Positions 19,468 through 28,321 of a stretch of 64,000 nucleotides of DNA are shown piece by piece. The DNA lies in NCBI GenBank assembly GCA_038249445.1, contig JBBSDM010000006.1, forward strand, positions 16,293 through 80,292. Reading direction: 5' to 3'. A model generated the notes under the pieces. That model was not told where the DNA came from, ran no database searches, and saw only the letters and a list, made by a program, of their open reading frames with translations. The DNA is from Bacteroidales bacterium (GTDB taxonomy: Bacteria > Bacteroidota > Bacteroidia > Bacteroidales > Paludibacteraceae). The number at the start of each line of letters is the position of its first letter. Within the stretch, counting starts at the first letter, position 1. The position numbers were made by a program, and so were the translations under genes.

Positions 19468-19504
19468 CACCTGATTTCTGCCAAAAACGGAAATCGGGTG
19501 TTTT
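19468..19504 (+). terminator. possible terminator hairpin downstream of sprA
   Basis: CACCTGATTTC (19468-19478) pairs with GAAATCGGGTG (19490-19500) with one mismatch, followed by TTTT. It lies 120 nt after the sprA stop. Confidence 0.4.
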
Positions 19505-19598
19505 GGCAAAATTATTGACCTATTCCACCGAACTAAAACTCAAAACAACTAATTCGACATTTTAAGGAATATAGTGGTTCGAATTTAATTTTAAAAGT

Positions 19599-20159
19599 AT
19601 GAAAAAGGATAAACATTCAAAGGAAAATTTAGATGTAAACGAGTGTGTACCGGCTGCTGAAGCAGGTAAAACTTGCGAATCAACCGAAAATACAGTAGAA
19701 ACCCCGGTAGATGAATTGGAGCTTTTGACTCAAAAGTGTGCCGATTTAAATGACAAGAATCTTCGAATGATGGCAGAGTTTGATAATTATCGCAAGCGTA
19801 CGCTAAAGGAAAGGATGGATTTGTTGAAAACAGCTAGCGAAGGCGTTTTGGTAGATATGTTACCCTTGGTTGACGATTTTGAACGTGGTTTGAAAGCCAT
19901 GGAAACATCAGAAGATGTTGAGGCTGTAAAAGATGGTGTTGAACTTATCTATACTAAGTTTTTAGCATTTTTACTGTCAAAAGGAGTAAAAGCTATTCCA
20001 ACAGAAAATGAAGTCTTTGATACCGAGTTTCATGAAGCGATAACTACTTTTCCCGCTCCACGCGAAGATATGAAAGGTAAAATTATTGATTGCGCTTCGA
20101 AAGGTTATACGCTGAACGAGAAAGTGATTCGTTTCTCGAAAGTCGTTGTTGGAGAGTAA
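19599..20159 (+). CDS. grpE: nucleotide exchange factor GrpE
   Basis: 186 aa. It contains …LRMMAEFDNYRKRT…LLPLVDDFERGL…, the GrpE signature. Confidence 0.9.
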   Translation: MKKDKHSKENLDVNECVPAAEAGKTCESTENTVETPVDELELLTQKCADLNDKNLRMMAEFDNYRKRTLKERMDLLKTASEGVLVDMLPLVDDFERGLKAMETSEDVEAVKDGVELIYTKFLAFLLSKGVKAIPTENEVFDTEFHEAITTFPAPREDMKGKIIDCASKGYTLNEKVIRFSKVVVGE

Positions 20160-20240
20160 TTCAGTTATCAGCAAATAATTATCAGTAATCAGTTAGGCGA
20201 TTGAAAAATGCCAACTAATTTATAATTCAACGAAAGAGAA

Positions 20241-21401
20241 ATGTCTAAGAGAGATTTTTACGAAATACTGGAAGTGTCCAAATCGGCTTCTGCTGATGAA
20301 ATTAAAAAGGCTTACCGCAAAAAAGCCATTCAGTTTCACCCGGATAAGAACCCGGGTGACAAACAATCAGAAGAGAAGTTTAAAGAAGCTGCCGAAGCTT
20401 ACGAAGTGCTGAGTGATCAGCAAAAGCGTCAACGTTACGACCAATACGGACATGCCGGCGTAGGTGGTGCGTCAGGTGGCGGTGGCTTCAATGGTGGCGG
20501 AATGAATATGGAAGATATATTCTCGCACTTTGGCGATATTTTTGGCGGTCATTTTGGTGGCGGTGGATTTGGCGGATTTGGCGGTAGTCAGCGCGGTGGA
20601 AGCCAACGAGTTCGTAAAGGATCTGATTTGCGCGTGAAAGTGAAACTTACACTTGCTGAAATTGCTGTAGGAGTTGAAAAGAAAATTAAAGTAAAAAAAC
20701 AGGTAGCTTGTACGCATTGTAGCGGAACCGGTGCAGAAGCTGGGTCTTCGTCTACAACTTGTACCACATGTAACGGTCAGGGAAGAGTTACCCGTGTGCA
20801 AAATACCATTTTAGGCCAAATGCAAACAGCGGCCGAATGCCCAACTTGTAATGGTGAAGGTAAAATTGTAAAAGATAAATGTAAGCATTGTAGTGGTGAA
20901 GGCGTTGTGCGCGAAGACGAAGTAATTACCATCAATATTCCGGCAGGAGTTATGGAAGGTATGCAACTTTCTGTTAGTGGAAAAGGAAATGCAGCACGCA
21001 GGGGAGGAGTAAATGGAGATTTGCTGGTGTTGGTTGAAGAGGAAGTTCACCCCGAACTAATTCGAGATGAAAATGATCTGATATTTAATCTTTTACTTAC
21101 AGTGCCAATGGCAACTTTGGGTGGCTCTATCGAGGTGCCTACGGTTGAAGGAAAAGTGAAGGTGACGATAGCACCAGGTACGCAGCCGGGTAAAGTGTTA
21201 CGCTTGCGAGGTAAAGGTTTGCCAAGTGTAAACCGCTATGGTACCGGTGATTTGTTAGTAAACATAGGCGTGTATATTCCTGAAAATCTTAATAAGGAAG
21301 AAAAAACAACCATGGAAAAGCTTGGAAAATCAGAAAATGTAAAACCAAATGCTGCTGCTTCAAAAAACTTTTTCCAACATTTTAGAAATATGTTTCAATA
21401 A
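20241..21401 (+). CDS. dnaJ: molecular chaperone DnaJ
   Basis: J domain ([13 protein letters not shown]…[15 protein letters not shown]), a G/F-rich linker and four CxxCxG zinc-finger repeats. Confidence 0.95.
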   Translation: MSKRDFYEILEVSKSASADEIKKAYRKKAIQFHPDKNPGDKQSEEKFKEAAEAYEVLSDQQKRQRYDQYGHAGVGGASGGGGFNGGGMNMEDIFSHFGDIFGGHFGGGGFGGFGGSQRGGSQRVRKGSDLRVKVKLTLAEIAVGVEKKIKVKKQVACTHCSGTGAEAGSSSTTCTTCNGQGRVTRVQNTILGQMQTAAECPTCNGEGKIVKDKCKHCSGEGVVREDEVITINIPAGVMEGMQLSVSGKGNAARRGGVNGDLLVLVEEEVHPELIRDENDLIFNLLLTVPMATLGGSIEVPTVEGKVKVTIAPGTQPGKVLRLRGKGLPSVNRYGTGDLLVNIGVYIPENLNKEEKTTMEKLGKSENVKPNAAASKNFFQHFRNMFQ

Positions 21402-21438
21402 ATGAAGAACCGCTAGTTTGTTCTCAAAAGCTCATTAT

Positions 21439-21476
21439 AAAAAAATGCACAGTTATTTTTAACTGTGCATTTTTTT
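21439..21476. terminator. bidirectional terminator between dnaJ and the T9SS-sorted GH13 gene
   Basis: ATGCACAGTT (21445-21454) pairs with AACTGTGCAT (21461-21470), flanked by A6 and T6 runs. Confidence 0.7.
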
Positions 21477-21492
21477 GTAAAATAGATTCGTA

Positions 21493-24225
21493 TTATTGTT
21501 TCACAATTTTATAACTTCCTTTCCCTTCAAAAGTACTTACTTCCATCAAGTAGATACCTGTGCAAAGTGTTGATAAATCTACTTCAGGGATATTGCTAAC
21601 CGTTTTTAAAAGTAATCCTTGCATATTGTATACCTTGATATTTTTCACTATATTAGGACTTGTTACATACACCTTGCCTACAGTAACTGTTGGAAATACA
21701 TTACAATCGAGCAATGTTTTTGGATTGTTGACAGCATTGGTGAAGTTTACTTTTCGGTCGGTGTAAATCAATAAATCGCCAGCCTGGATGCTAATTGTCG
21801 TGCCTGTATTGGTTACATTCAATTCATCGCCGGTAAGTAAATTATACCAAATACCTGTTTTTGGAAAATTAGGACTAGCCGTTATGGTGGCCGATGCATT
21901 GAAATTGCCCATCATAACCATGCTTAAATCAGTATGCGAAAGTGCAATACGTCGCCCAGTATTCCAGTCGGATTGAGCTACGCTAATGCTGTAAGTTCCA
22001 AGTGTAAACGCAGTAGGGTATGATTTCTTTAAAGAGATGATTTTTGCACAAGCGTCAGCAGCAGCTTTGCGATGAACCAGGTTTAAGTACCCCCAAGCCG
22101 ATGACTTCTCGTTGGTTCGACCGCCGTTTGAGTTAATCGAATAGTCATATCCCATTTCTCCAAATTGCCAAATCATTTTTGGCCCAGGCATTAGAGCCGT
22201 GAAGGCTATGTTTAATGGTACTCGTTTGATTCGGGCAATCGAATCGATTGAAATTACGCCGATGCCATTTATTTTTGCGTTATAAAAATTGCGTTCTTCA
22301 TCATGACTTTCGGCATATCCCACCCAGCTGCGGGGAGTTGTGTTTAGTGTCCCAAAACCACTGCCTGTTTGCGATCCCATGGCTGATTGAGAATAAAAGT
22401 AATTTGCATTTTTCCAAAGATACATGCCGGAATTTGCCAAAACTGTTTCTTCGTCATTGTTGCAGAAATGTTCCAGAATAAACATTACATCGGTTTTTAC
22501 TGCTTTGGCAGCGTTGTAATATGTGGTCAAATTATCAATTCTGGATTGATCGTAATTGCTGGCTGTGGCTTCGGTAGAACTGTTTTGAGTAAAACCTTTG
22601 GTTAAGTCCATTCTATATCCATCAATTTTGTATTCTGTAATCCAGTACTGCAATACTCTTTTAAAATATTCTTTGGTAAAAGTAGAACTGTGATTAAAAT
22701 CATTAAATACGCTGTACGGATGTGGAGCCACTGGGTTCATCCATGGATTGTTTGCTGCAGGACGGCTATTGGTTCCATCCCAATATAGTTTTGCAAATGG
22801 GCAGCTACCGCTTGCCTGATTGAAAACCATATCCAAAATTACTGCAAATCCTCTTTTATGACATTCGTCAATGAATTTTTTGTAGGTATCTGGTGTACCG
22901 TAAGCTTTATCAGAAGCAAAGTAATGATTTGGATTGTAACCCCAGCTCAGGTTGCCGTCAAATTCTTGAATAGGCATTAATTCAATGGCTGTAATTCCAA
23001 GAGTTTTAAGATAATCTAATTTGTTAATTGCCGCATTTAGGCTTTTTTCGGGTGTAAAATCGCGCAACAGCACTTCGTAAATAACCATATTTTCGCGAGA
23101 TGGCATATTAAAAGTCGGCACTTCCCAAGTGTATGATGGTTTTGTAGTTTGAAGAGTAGCTACTAAACCATCTGTTTTGCCTGTAGGATAGGCTTTCATA
23201 TTAGGGAATATTGTACTTGAAATATATTGATCGTTCGACGGATCGAGTACTAATTCGGTGTAAGGATCGCTGATTCTGATATTTCCATCAACCAGATATT
23301 GATAGCCGTAAATTGTGCCTGAAGTAAGGCCAGCAAGTGTTATCCACCAATAATCGCCATCTTTTTTTAGTTGACTACTGCTTTGTGTTGTCCAGTTATT
23401 GAAGTCGCCAATAAGATACACGCTCGTTTTGTTGGGTGCGTACAGCACTAGCGTGGCCGAAGTACTGTTGATATAATTTATCCCATCTTTCACTCCAGCT
23501 GGACGAGCTTGATTAATTGGAACATCGGGTATGAAAACGTTTTTTGTTGCACTTACTGTATTCCCAGCCACTGTAGCTTGAGCAGTTAGAATATAGTTGC
23601 CAGCAGTCGAAAATGTGTATGGGTATGAAAGCGTTGTGCTTAATGTAGATGTTTGCACACTAGTTCCATTGATAAGTAAATTGAGATTAGCAGCTTCGGT
23701 TGAACTAAACTGGATGTTCATATTTGTACCTACTGGAAGGAATTGGTCTGAGGTAGGGTTGCTAAAAGCCACATTCAATCCCGACTGAAATACATCAAGG
23801 TAAATGTTTGCACCACCAAGGTCTTTGCCCTCTTTTGATCCAGTGTCATTCCGAAAAACAAAAGCAAGTTTAGTAACCACTTCGCTAGCTGTAAGATTAT
23901 AATAAGCAGCAATGCTCGGTGTTATACTTAGTTTCCACTTGTTGCTGCCAAGCGGAGTCATTTGGTATTTTGCAGAATTGTCGAGCCAGGTTGGTGCATG
24001 TTTCCAGTCGCCGGTATTTGTACTTGCAGTTGTTATAACTCCAGTATGTGCATAAATATTTGTTCCGGTAAAATTATTTAAACCTCCAGCTCCAAGAGTG
24101 GCATCAAAAACTACATCAACAGAACCTCCATTTTGGGTAATTAAAGCAGGGGTGCTGGTGACAATTTGCGACCAACTAAGTATTGAAAAGAGTAAAGCTA
24201 TAATAGAAAATGTGACTTTTTTCAT
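21493..24225 (-). CDS. secreted multi-domain GH13 alpha-glucan hydrolase (pullulanase/amylase type) with T9SS C-terminal sorting domain
   Basis: 910 aa: a signal peptide, N-terminal beta-rich putative carbohydrate-binding/Ig-like modules, a CBM48/E-set-like segment (YLIGDFNNW…GDYWWITL…YGYQYLV) and GH13 catalytic motifs (AVILDMVFNQ, DGYRMDLTKGF, FILEHF, YAESHDEER). The last ~80 aa (…VFPTVTVGKVYVTS…IKVYNMQGLLLKTV…GIYLMEVS…YKIVKQ) look like a type A T9SS CTD. Confidence 0.85.
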   Translation of the reverse strand: MKKVTFSIIALLFSILSWSQIVTSTPALITQNGGSVDVVFDATLGAGGLNNFTGTNIYAHTGVITTASTNTGDWKHAPTWLDNSAKYQMTPLGSNKWKLSITPSIAAYYNLTASEVVTKLAFVFRNDTGSKEGKDLGGANIYLDVFQSGLNVAFSNPTSDQFLPVGTNMNIQFSSTEAANLNLLINGTSVQTSTLSTTLSYPYTFSTAGNYILTAQATVAGNTVSATKNVFIPDVPINQARPAGVKDGINYINSTSATLVLYAPNKTSVYLIGDFNNWTTQSSSQLKKDGDYWWITLAGLTSGTIYGYQYLVDGNIRISDPYTELVLDPSNDQYISSTIFPNMKAYPTGKTDGLVATLQTTKPSYTWEVPTFNMPSRENMVIYEVLLRDFTPEKSLNAAINKLDYLKTLGITAIELMPIQEFDGNLSWGYNPNHYFASDKAYGTPDTYKKFIDECHKRGFAVILDMVFNQASGSCPFAKLYWDGTNSRPAANNPWMNPVAPHPYSVFNDFNHSSTFTKEYFKRVLQYWITEYKIDGYRMDLTKGFTQNSSTEATASNYDQSRIDNLTTYYNAAKAVKTDVMFILEHFCNNDEETVLANSGMYLWKNANYFYSQSAMGSQTGSGFGTLNTTPRSWVGYAESHDEERNFYNAKINGIGVISIDSIARIKRVPLNIAFTALMPGPKMIWQFGEMGYDYSINSNGGRTNEKSSAWGYLNLVHRKAAADACAKIISLKKSYPTAFTLGTYSISVAQSDWNTGRRIALSHTDLSMVMMGNFNASATITASPNFPKTGIWYNLLTGDELNVTNTGTTISIQAGDLLIYTDRKVNFTNAVNNPKTLLDCNVFPTVTVGKVYVTSPNIVKNIKVYNMQGLLLKTVSNIPEVDLSTLCTGIYLMEVSTFEGKGSYKIVKQ

Positions 24226-24321
24226 GATAAGAATTTTAATGCCTTATATGTATTAATCGCAAATGTAATTCAATTCCAAGTCATTGATTCTTTACAAATG
24301 TTATGTGCTGATGTAATTTCC

Positions 24322-24335
24322 CGCAAACGTTTGCA
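24322..24335. promoter_or_regulatory. LacI-family operator candidate (CGCAAACGTTTGCA) upstream of the T9SS-sorted GH13
   Basis: The 12-bp core GCAAACGTTTGC is a perfect palindrome with a central CG. The 14-mer is the exact reverse complement of the site at 35880-35893. Confidence 0.55.
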
Positions 24336-24466
24336 TATGCTTAAAGAATTGTTAGTTTTTTTTCGAATCCTCATACCTGTTTTCTACAGATTATCATGTT
24401 CGAAACAAATGAAAGGACATAAATAATTAGTAAAGGTAATCATGGGTGTTGACTAAACAATCGCTA

Positions 24467-26233
24467 TCATTTTTTTAGAATAAAAAGAAGTGGATTGTTT
24501 AGCCGTTTGTTCCAAGATTTTTCGCTGTGATCATCTCCTAGGTAAAATTTTGTTTGCCAATTGTCATCACTGAACTCTTTCATTTTCATTACCTCATCTA
24601 CCTTTTTTTGTAGCTGCGGATACATAGCATCGAGAGTTTGGTCACCATGATCAAAGTAAATTTTATGGGTTTTCGGATTCGGCAAATTTGTTTTTAAATA
24701 CTCTACAAATGCCTGTGGAACAGGATTATTCTGCAACTCAAAAACACCAGGCCAATGGGTTGATAGGCATGCAGCTCCGCCAAATATCTGGGGATATTCG
24801 CAAATGGCATACATCGAAATAAGTCCTCCCATGCTACTTCCTGCAATAACAGTATGGCTTCTGTCTTTGAACACCGAATACTTTTTGTCAATAAATGGTT
24901 TCAGTTCTGTAACCAGAAATTTCAGGTAGCTGTCTGAAACAGCCTTGAAAGTGTCTGATATTCTTCCTGCTGTTTGAAGTTGTTTGCTAACAAAGTCTTT
25001 TCCTTCTTGAGTGAGTGTTTCAAAAGGTTTTTGTGGAAAATAATCGGCATGCCGTGTTTTTCCAACATTCCAAATTCCAACCACAATAAAATCTTGAACT
25101 TTACCCTCCTTTATCAATTTGGTTACCACATCATCAACTTCCCAACTTTGGTGATTCCAGGTAGTGGAGGCGTCAAACAACATTTGACCGTCGTGCATGT
25201 ACAAAACGGCATATTTTTTATTTGGGGTGTAGCCTTCTGGAAGCCAAACTTCTACATTTCTGGAAGTCACATATTTTGATGAGTAATTTTCATACAAATC
25301 AATTTTACCACTAATTGGATTTTGATGTTGAATTTTAGGTAATAGAAACTCAATGGGCACATCGAGTCGTTGACTCCATGCAACTTCATTATGTTCAGCT
25401 TTTTCGTAGGTTTTCGAAAGGTAGTTATTGTCGTTGAAGCCTTTTCCTTTGAAAATTAAATCCACAAAAGACTGAGTCATTTGGTGAGGTTTATCGCTTT
25501 CGCCAGTGCCGTAGTCCATGTAAATTTTATGACCAAACGGCGACGCTAATTTATTGTTCAGGTAGTTGAATGTTGCCAATGGTATTTTATAATTTGGCTC
25601 TATCTGACTCAGCCAAGCTGTTGACATGCAAGCTGCGCCTCCAAAAATATCAGGATATTCGGAAATAGCGTACATCGAAATCAAACCGCCCATGCTTGAA
25701 CCCATCATAAAAGTATGTTCTTTGTCTGCATTGACCGAATAATTCGCATCGATAAAAGGCTTCAGTTCTGCAACTAAAAATTTCAGATAATTGTCTCCAT
25801 TGGCAGTTTTCCCATTACAATATTTTGCAGAAAGCTGAGTGCGAGTTTTTTTGTCTAACTGATAGAAAATTCTGTTCGGGAAATACTCTGAAATCCTGTT
25901 AGCACCACTGTTCCAAATTGCTACGACTATGCATTTTTCTATTTTCTTTTGATTCAATAAATTTGTGAAAACTTCATCAACTTTCCATTCTGTTTTATTC
26001 CAGCAAAGTGTACTGTCAAAAAGCATCTGACCATCATGCATGTAAACCACACTGTACTTCTCGGATGGGTTATAGTCATTGGGCAGCCAAACATCCACAT
26101 TTCGGGCTGAAACAAATTTCGATTGAAAATTTTCAATTCGTTTGATCGTTCCCGAACTTACTTTTGGAAGATTTTGCGAAAAGCAAAACGTTGTCAATAG
26201 AAATAAGATGGTTGAAAAGAGGATTTTTCTCAT
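24467..26233 (-). CDS. exported tandem (duplicated) esterase, two 'putative esterase' alpha/beta-hydrolase modules in one polypeptide
   Basis: 588 aa with a signal peptide. The two ~290-aa halves are clearly homologous (NVDVWLPNDYNPSEKYSVVYMHDGQMLFD…GSSMGGLISMYAISEYPDIFGGAACMSTAW versus NVEVWLPEGYTPNKKYAVLYMHDGQMLFD…GSSMGGLISMYAICEYPQIFGGAACLSTHW). Each half has its own GxSxG nucleophile motif. Confidence 0.8.
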   Translation of the reverse strand: MRKILFSTILFLLTTFCFSQNLPKVSSGTIKRIENFQSKFVSARNVDVWLPNDYNPSEKYSVVYMHDGQMLFDSTLCWNKTEWKVDEVFTNLLNQKKIEKCIVVAIWNSGANRISEYFPNRIFYQLDKKTRTQLSAKYCNGKTANGDNYLKFLVAELKPFIDANYSVNADKEHTFMMGSSMGGLISMYAISEYPDIFGGAACMSTAWLSQIEPNYKIPLATFNYLNNKLASPFGHKIYMDYGTGESDKPHQMTQSFVDLIFKGKGFNDNNYLSKTYEKAEHNEVAWSQRLDVPIEFLLPKIQHQNPISGKIDLYENYSSKYVTSRNVEVWLPEGYTPNKKYAVLYMHDGQMLFDASTTWNHQSWEVDDVVTKLIKEGKVQDFIVVGIWNVGKTRHADYFPQKPFETLTQEGKDFVSKQLQTAGRISDTFKAVSDSYLKFLVTELKPFIDKKYSVFKDRSHTVIAGSSMGGLISMYAICEYPQIFGGAACLSTHWPGVFELQNNPVPQAFVEYLKTNLPNPKTHKIYFDHGDQTLDAMYPQLQKKVDEVMKMKEFSDDNWQTKFYLGDDHSEKSWNKRLNNPLLFILKK

Positions 26234-26378
26234 GTTCTTTTATTTGATGATAATCGGCTTATTCAAGGATGTAAATATCACATTTTTTATTTGCAATAAG
26301 AAGCACTTGTAACTTTCTAACTTTTGGTTTATGAGTATTTAATTCTTATAAATGCGACTATCTTACACCTGAAAAATG

Positions 26379-28226
26379 TTATTGCAATTCCAATATTAAT
26401 ACAGTGGTTTTCGGAATTGAAATAGTATTTTCCAGTTCAAATTTTGCATTCGTCATTACATCCACACCTTTCGTTTTACCTTTCAAACTCTCTGCAAAAC
26501 GATCAAGTTTTAATGTTTTGTCCGTTTCATTGTTGTTGATAATTACCATGATATTTTCCGTTTCATTGTACCTGAAATACACATAAGTGTCATTATCCGG
26601 GATGTAATGAGTTAATAGCCCAGTATGTATTACCGGTTTGTTTTTTCGCCAGTTTAATAATTTTGATAAATAGTTATGGTATTCATTTTGAATGGCTGTT
26701 CTGCCATTTGCTGAAAATGCATTTATCGAATCACCTGTCCAGCCACCTGGAAAATCGTGCCGGATATCTCCATCACCTTTGTCTTTGTTGCCGGTCATAC
26801 CTATTTCGCTGCCGTAATATAGTTGTGGTATGCCACGTGTAGTCATCAGAAATGCCATCGCCATTTTATACTTAGCTAAGTCTCCCTTTAATACATAGTT
26901 GTAACGTTGCGTGTCATGGTTTTCGGCAAATACAAGCAGGTTGTTTACATTAGCATAGAGATAATCATTGGCAATCGTGTTGTAGAGTCTGTTCATTCCT
27001 AACTCTTCCCACGGTTTACCATGTTCATTGAAGCAGGTGGTAAGTGCTTTTTGCGTGATAAAATCCATGACTGTGGGTAATTGTGAATTGTATTTCAATG
27101 GATTGGTAGCATCTTTTTGCCAAAATGCGATATCTTGAGAACTGTAAAGCCAAGCCTCCCCCATAATGTTGAAATATGGATATTCGGTGGTAATGGCTTT
27201 TGCCCATTTTGCCATTGCATCCTTATCGTTGTACGGGTAGGTATCCATTCGTATACCGTCCAGATTGGCAGATTCTACCCACCAAATCGAATTTTGAATG
27301 AAGTAAGTCCAAAAATAGGGATTTTGTTGGTTCATATCTGGCATAGTGGTGTCGAACCAACCATCTACAAATAACTTTTTATCAATACCTGATGCATGTA
27401 TGTCTTTTAATGTAGACGCTTTATGATTTGTGACTGTAAACTCTTTCCATTGATGAATCCAGTCTTCCATAGGTAGATCTTTCATCCACCATGCGTCAAT
27501 TCCACCATGGTTTGAAACCATATCCATGATGACTTTCAGCCCTTTTTGATGTGATGCTGTCACCATGTTTTCATACTCATCATTGCTTCCAAATCGGGGA
27601 TCAACTTTATAAAAGTCGCTTATTGCATAACCATGATAGGTGAATTTTGTATGGTTGTTTTCCTGAACAGGTGTACACCAAATAGCCGTTGCACCTAGCT
27701 CTTTGATATAATCCAAATGATCTTGAATACCTTTAGTGTCGCCGCCATGACGACCGGAATCAATCGTGCGATTCGCTTTTTCCGGTTGTGTTTCTACATT
27801 ATCATTTGACGGATCACCATTTGCGAAACGATCGGGCATAAGGAGGTAGATGACATCGGAGCTCGAAAAACCTTGTCGTTGTGCCGAGTTGTTGCGCCTT
27901 GATTTTAATTCGTACGAATAGGTAGCAGTCGTTTTGCCATTTTGTTGAAAACGAATATCAAACTTACCCGCTTTTGCCAGTTTTGAATCAATTATCAAAT
28001 CAATAAACAAGTAGTCTGGATTAGAGACTTTATTGATTTTAAGTAATCGTACGCCAGGATAGTTTATGAGTACCTGATTTTTAGAAATATTATTCCCATG
28101 AACTAATAATTGCAGTTGCGAATTTTTCATTCCCGTCCACCAAAAGGCAGGCTCAATTCGTTCAATTTGAGCGTTAGAACTCACCGTGGCGAAGATGAGC
28201 AAAAGAAGAAAAGCTTTTTTGAACAT
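26379..28226 (-). CDS. periplasmic GH13 alpha-amylase / cyclomaltodextrinase-neopullulanase type (SusA-like)
   Basis: The signal peptide begins at the internal ATG (MFKKAFLLLLIFATVSSNAQ). The N-terminal domain (IERIEPAFWWTGM…) resembles the cyclomaltodextrinase N-domain. GH13 motifs are DRFANGD, GGD(T)KGI, VIMDMVSNH, DGIRMDT, GEAW and ENHD. Confidence 0.85.
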   Translation of the reverse strand: MFKKAFLLLLIFATVSSNAQIERIEPAFWWTGMKNSQLQLLVHGNNISKNQVLINYPGVRLLKINKVSNPDYLFIDLIIDSKLAKAGKFDIRFQQNGKTTATYSYELKSRRNNSAQRQGFSSSDVIYLLMPDRFANGDPSNDNVETQPEKANRTIDSGRHGGDTKGIQDHLDYIKELGATAIWCTPVQENNHTKFTYHGYAISDFYKVDPRFGSNDEYENMVTASHQKGLKVIMDMVSNHGGIDAWWMKDLPMEDWIHQWKEFTVTNHKASTLKDIHASGIDKKLFVDGWFDTTMPDMNQQNPYFWTYFIQNSIWWVESANLDGIRMDTYPYNDKDAMAKWAKAITTEYPYFNIMGEAWLYSSQDIAFWQKDATNPLKYNSQLPTVMDFITQKALTTCFNEHGKPWEELGMNRLYNTIANDYLYANVNNLLVFAENHDTQRYNYVLKGDLAKYKMAMAFLMTTRGIPQLYYGSEIGMTGNKDKGDGDIRHDFPGGWTGDSINAFSANGRTAIQNEYHNYLSKLLNWRKNKPVIHTGLLTHYIPDNDTYVYFRYNETENIMVIINNNETDKTLKLDRFAESLKGKTKGVDVMTNAKFELENTISIPKTTVLILELQ

Positions 28227-28321
28227 GATATTTTGTTTTAATTGATTTAGTTTCAAAGAAAAGAAAAGCCTGAACTTTTAAAAGATCAGACTTTTCTAAT
28301 TTATTGTTTAAATGATATTTA

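Noticed and set aside
19551-19585. A GGTTCGAAT string (19576-19584) resembles a tRNA T-arm, and a 7-bp inverted repeat (AATTCGA at 19551-19557 and TCGAATT at 19579-19585) lies upstream of grpE. I considered a tRNA or a heat-shock operator (CIRCE).
   Set aside because: No acceptor, D or anticodon arm complementarity surrounds the motif, so it is not a tRNA. The repeat bears no resemblance to CIRCE (TTAGCACTC-N9-GAGTGCTAA). A 7-bp AT-rich repeat at 21-nt spacing is weak evidence on its own.
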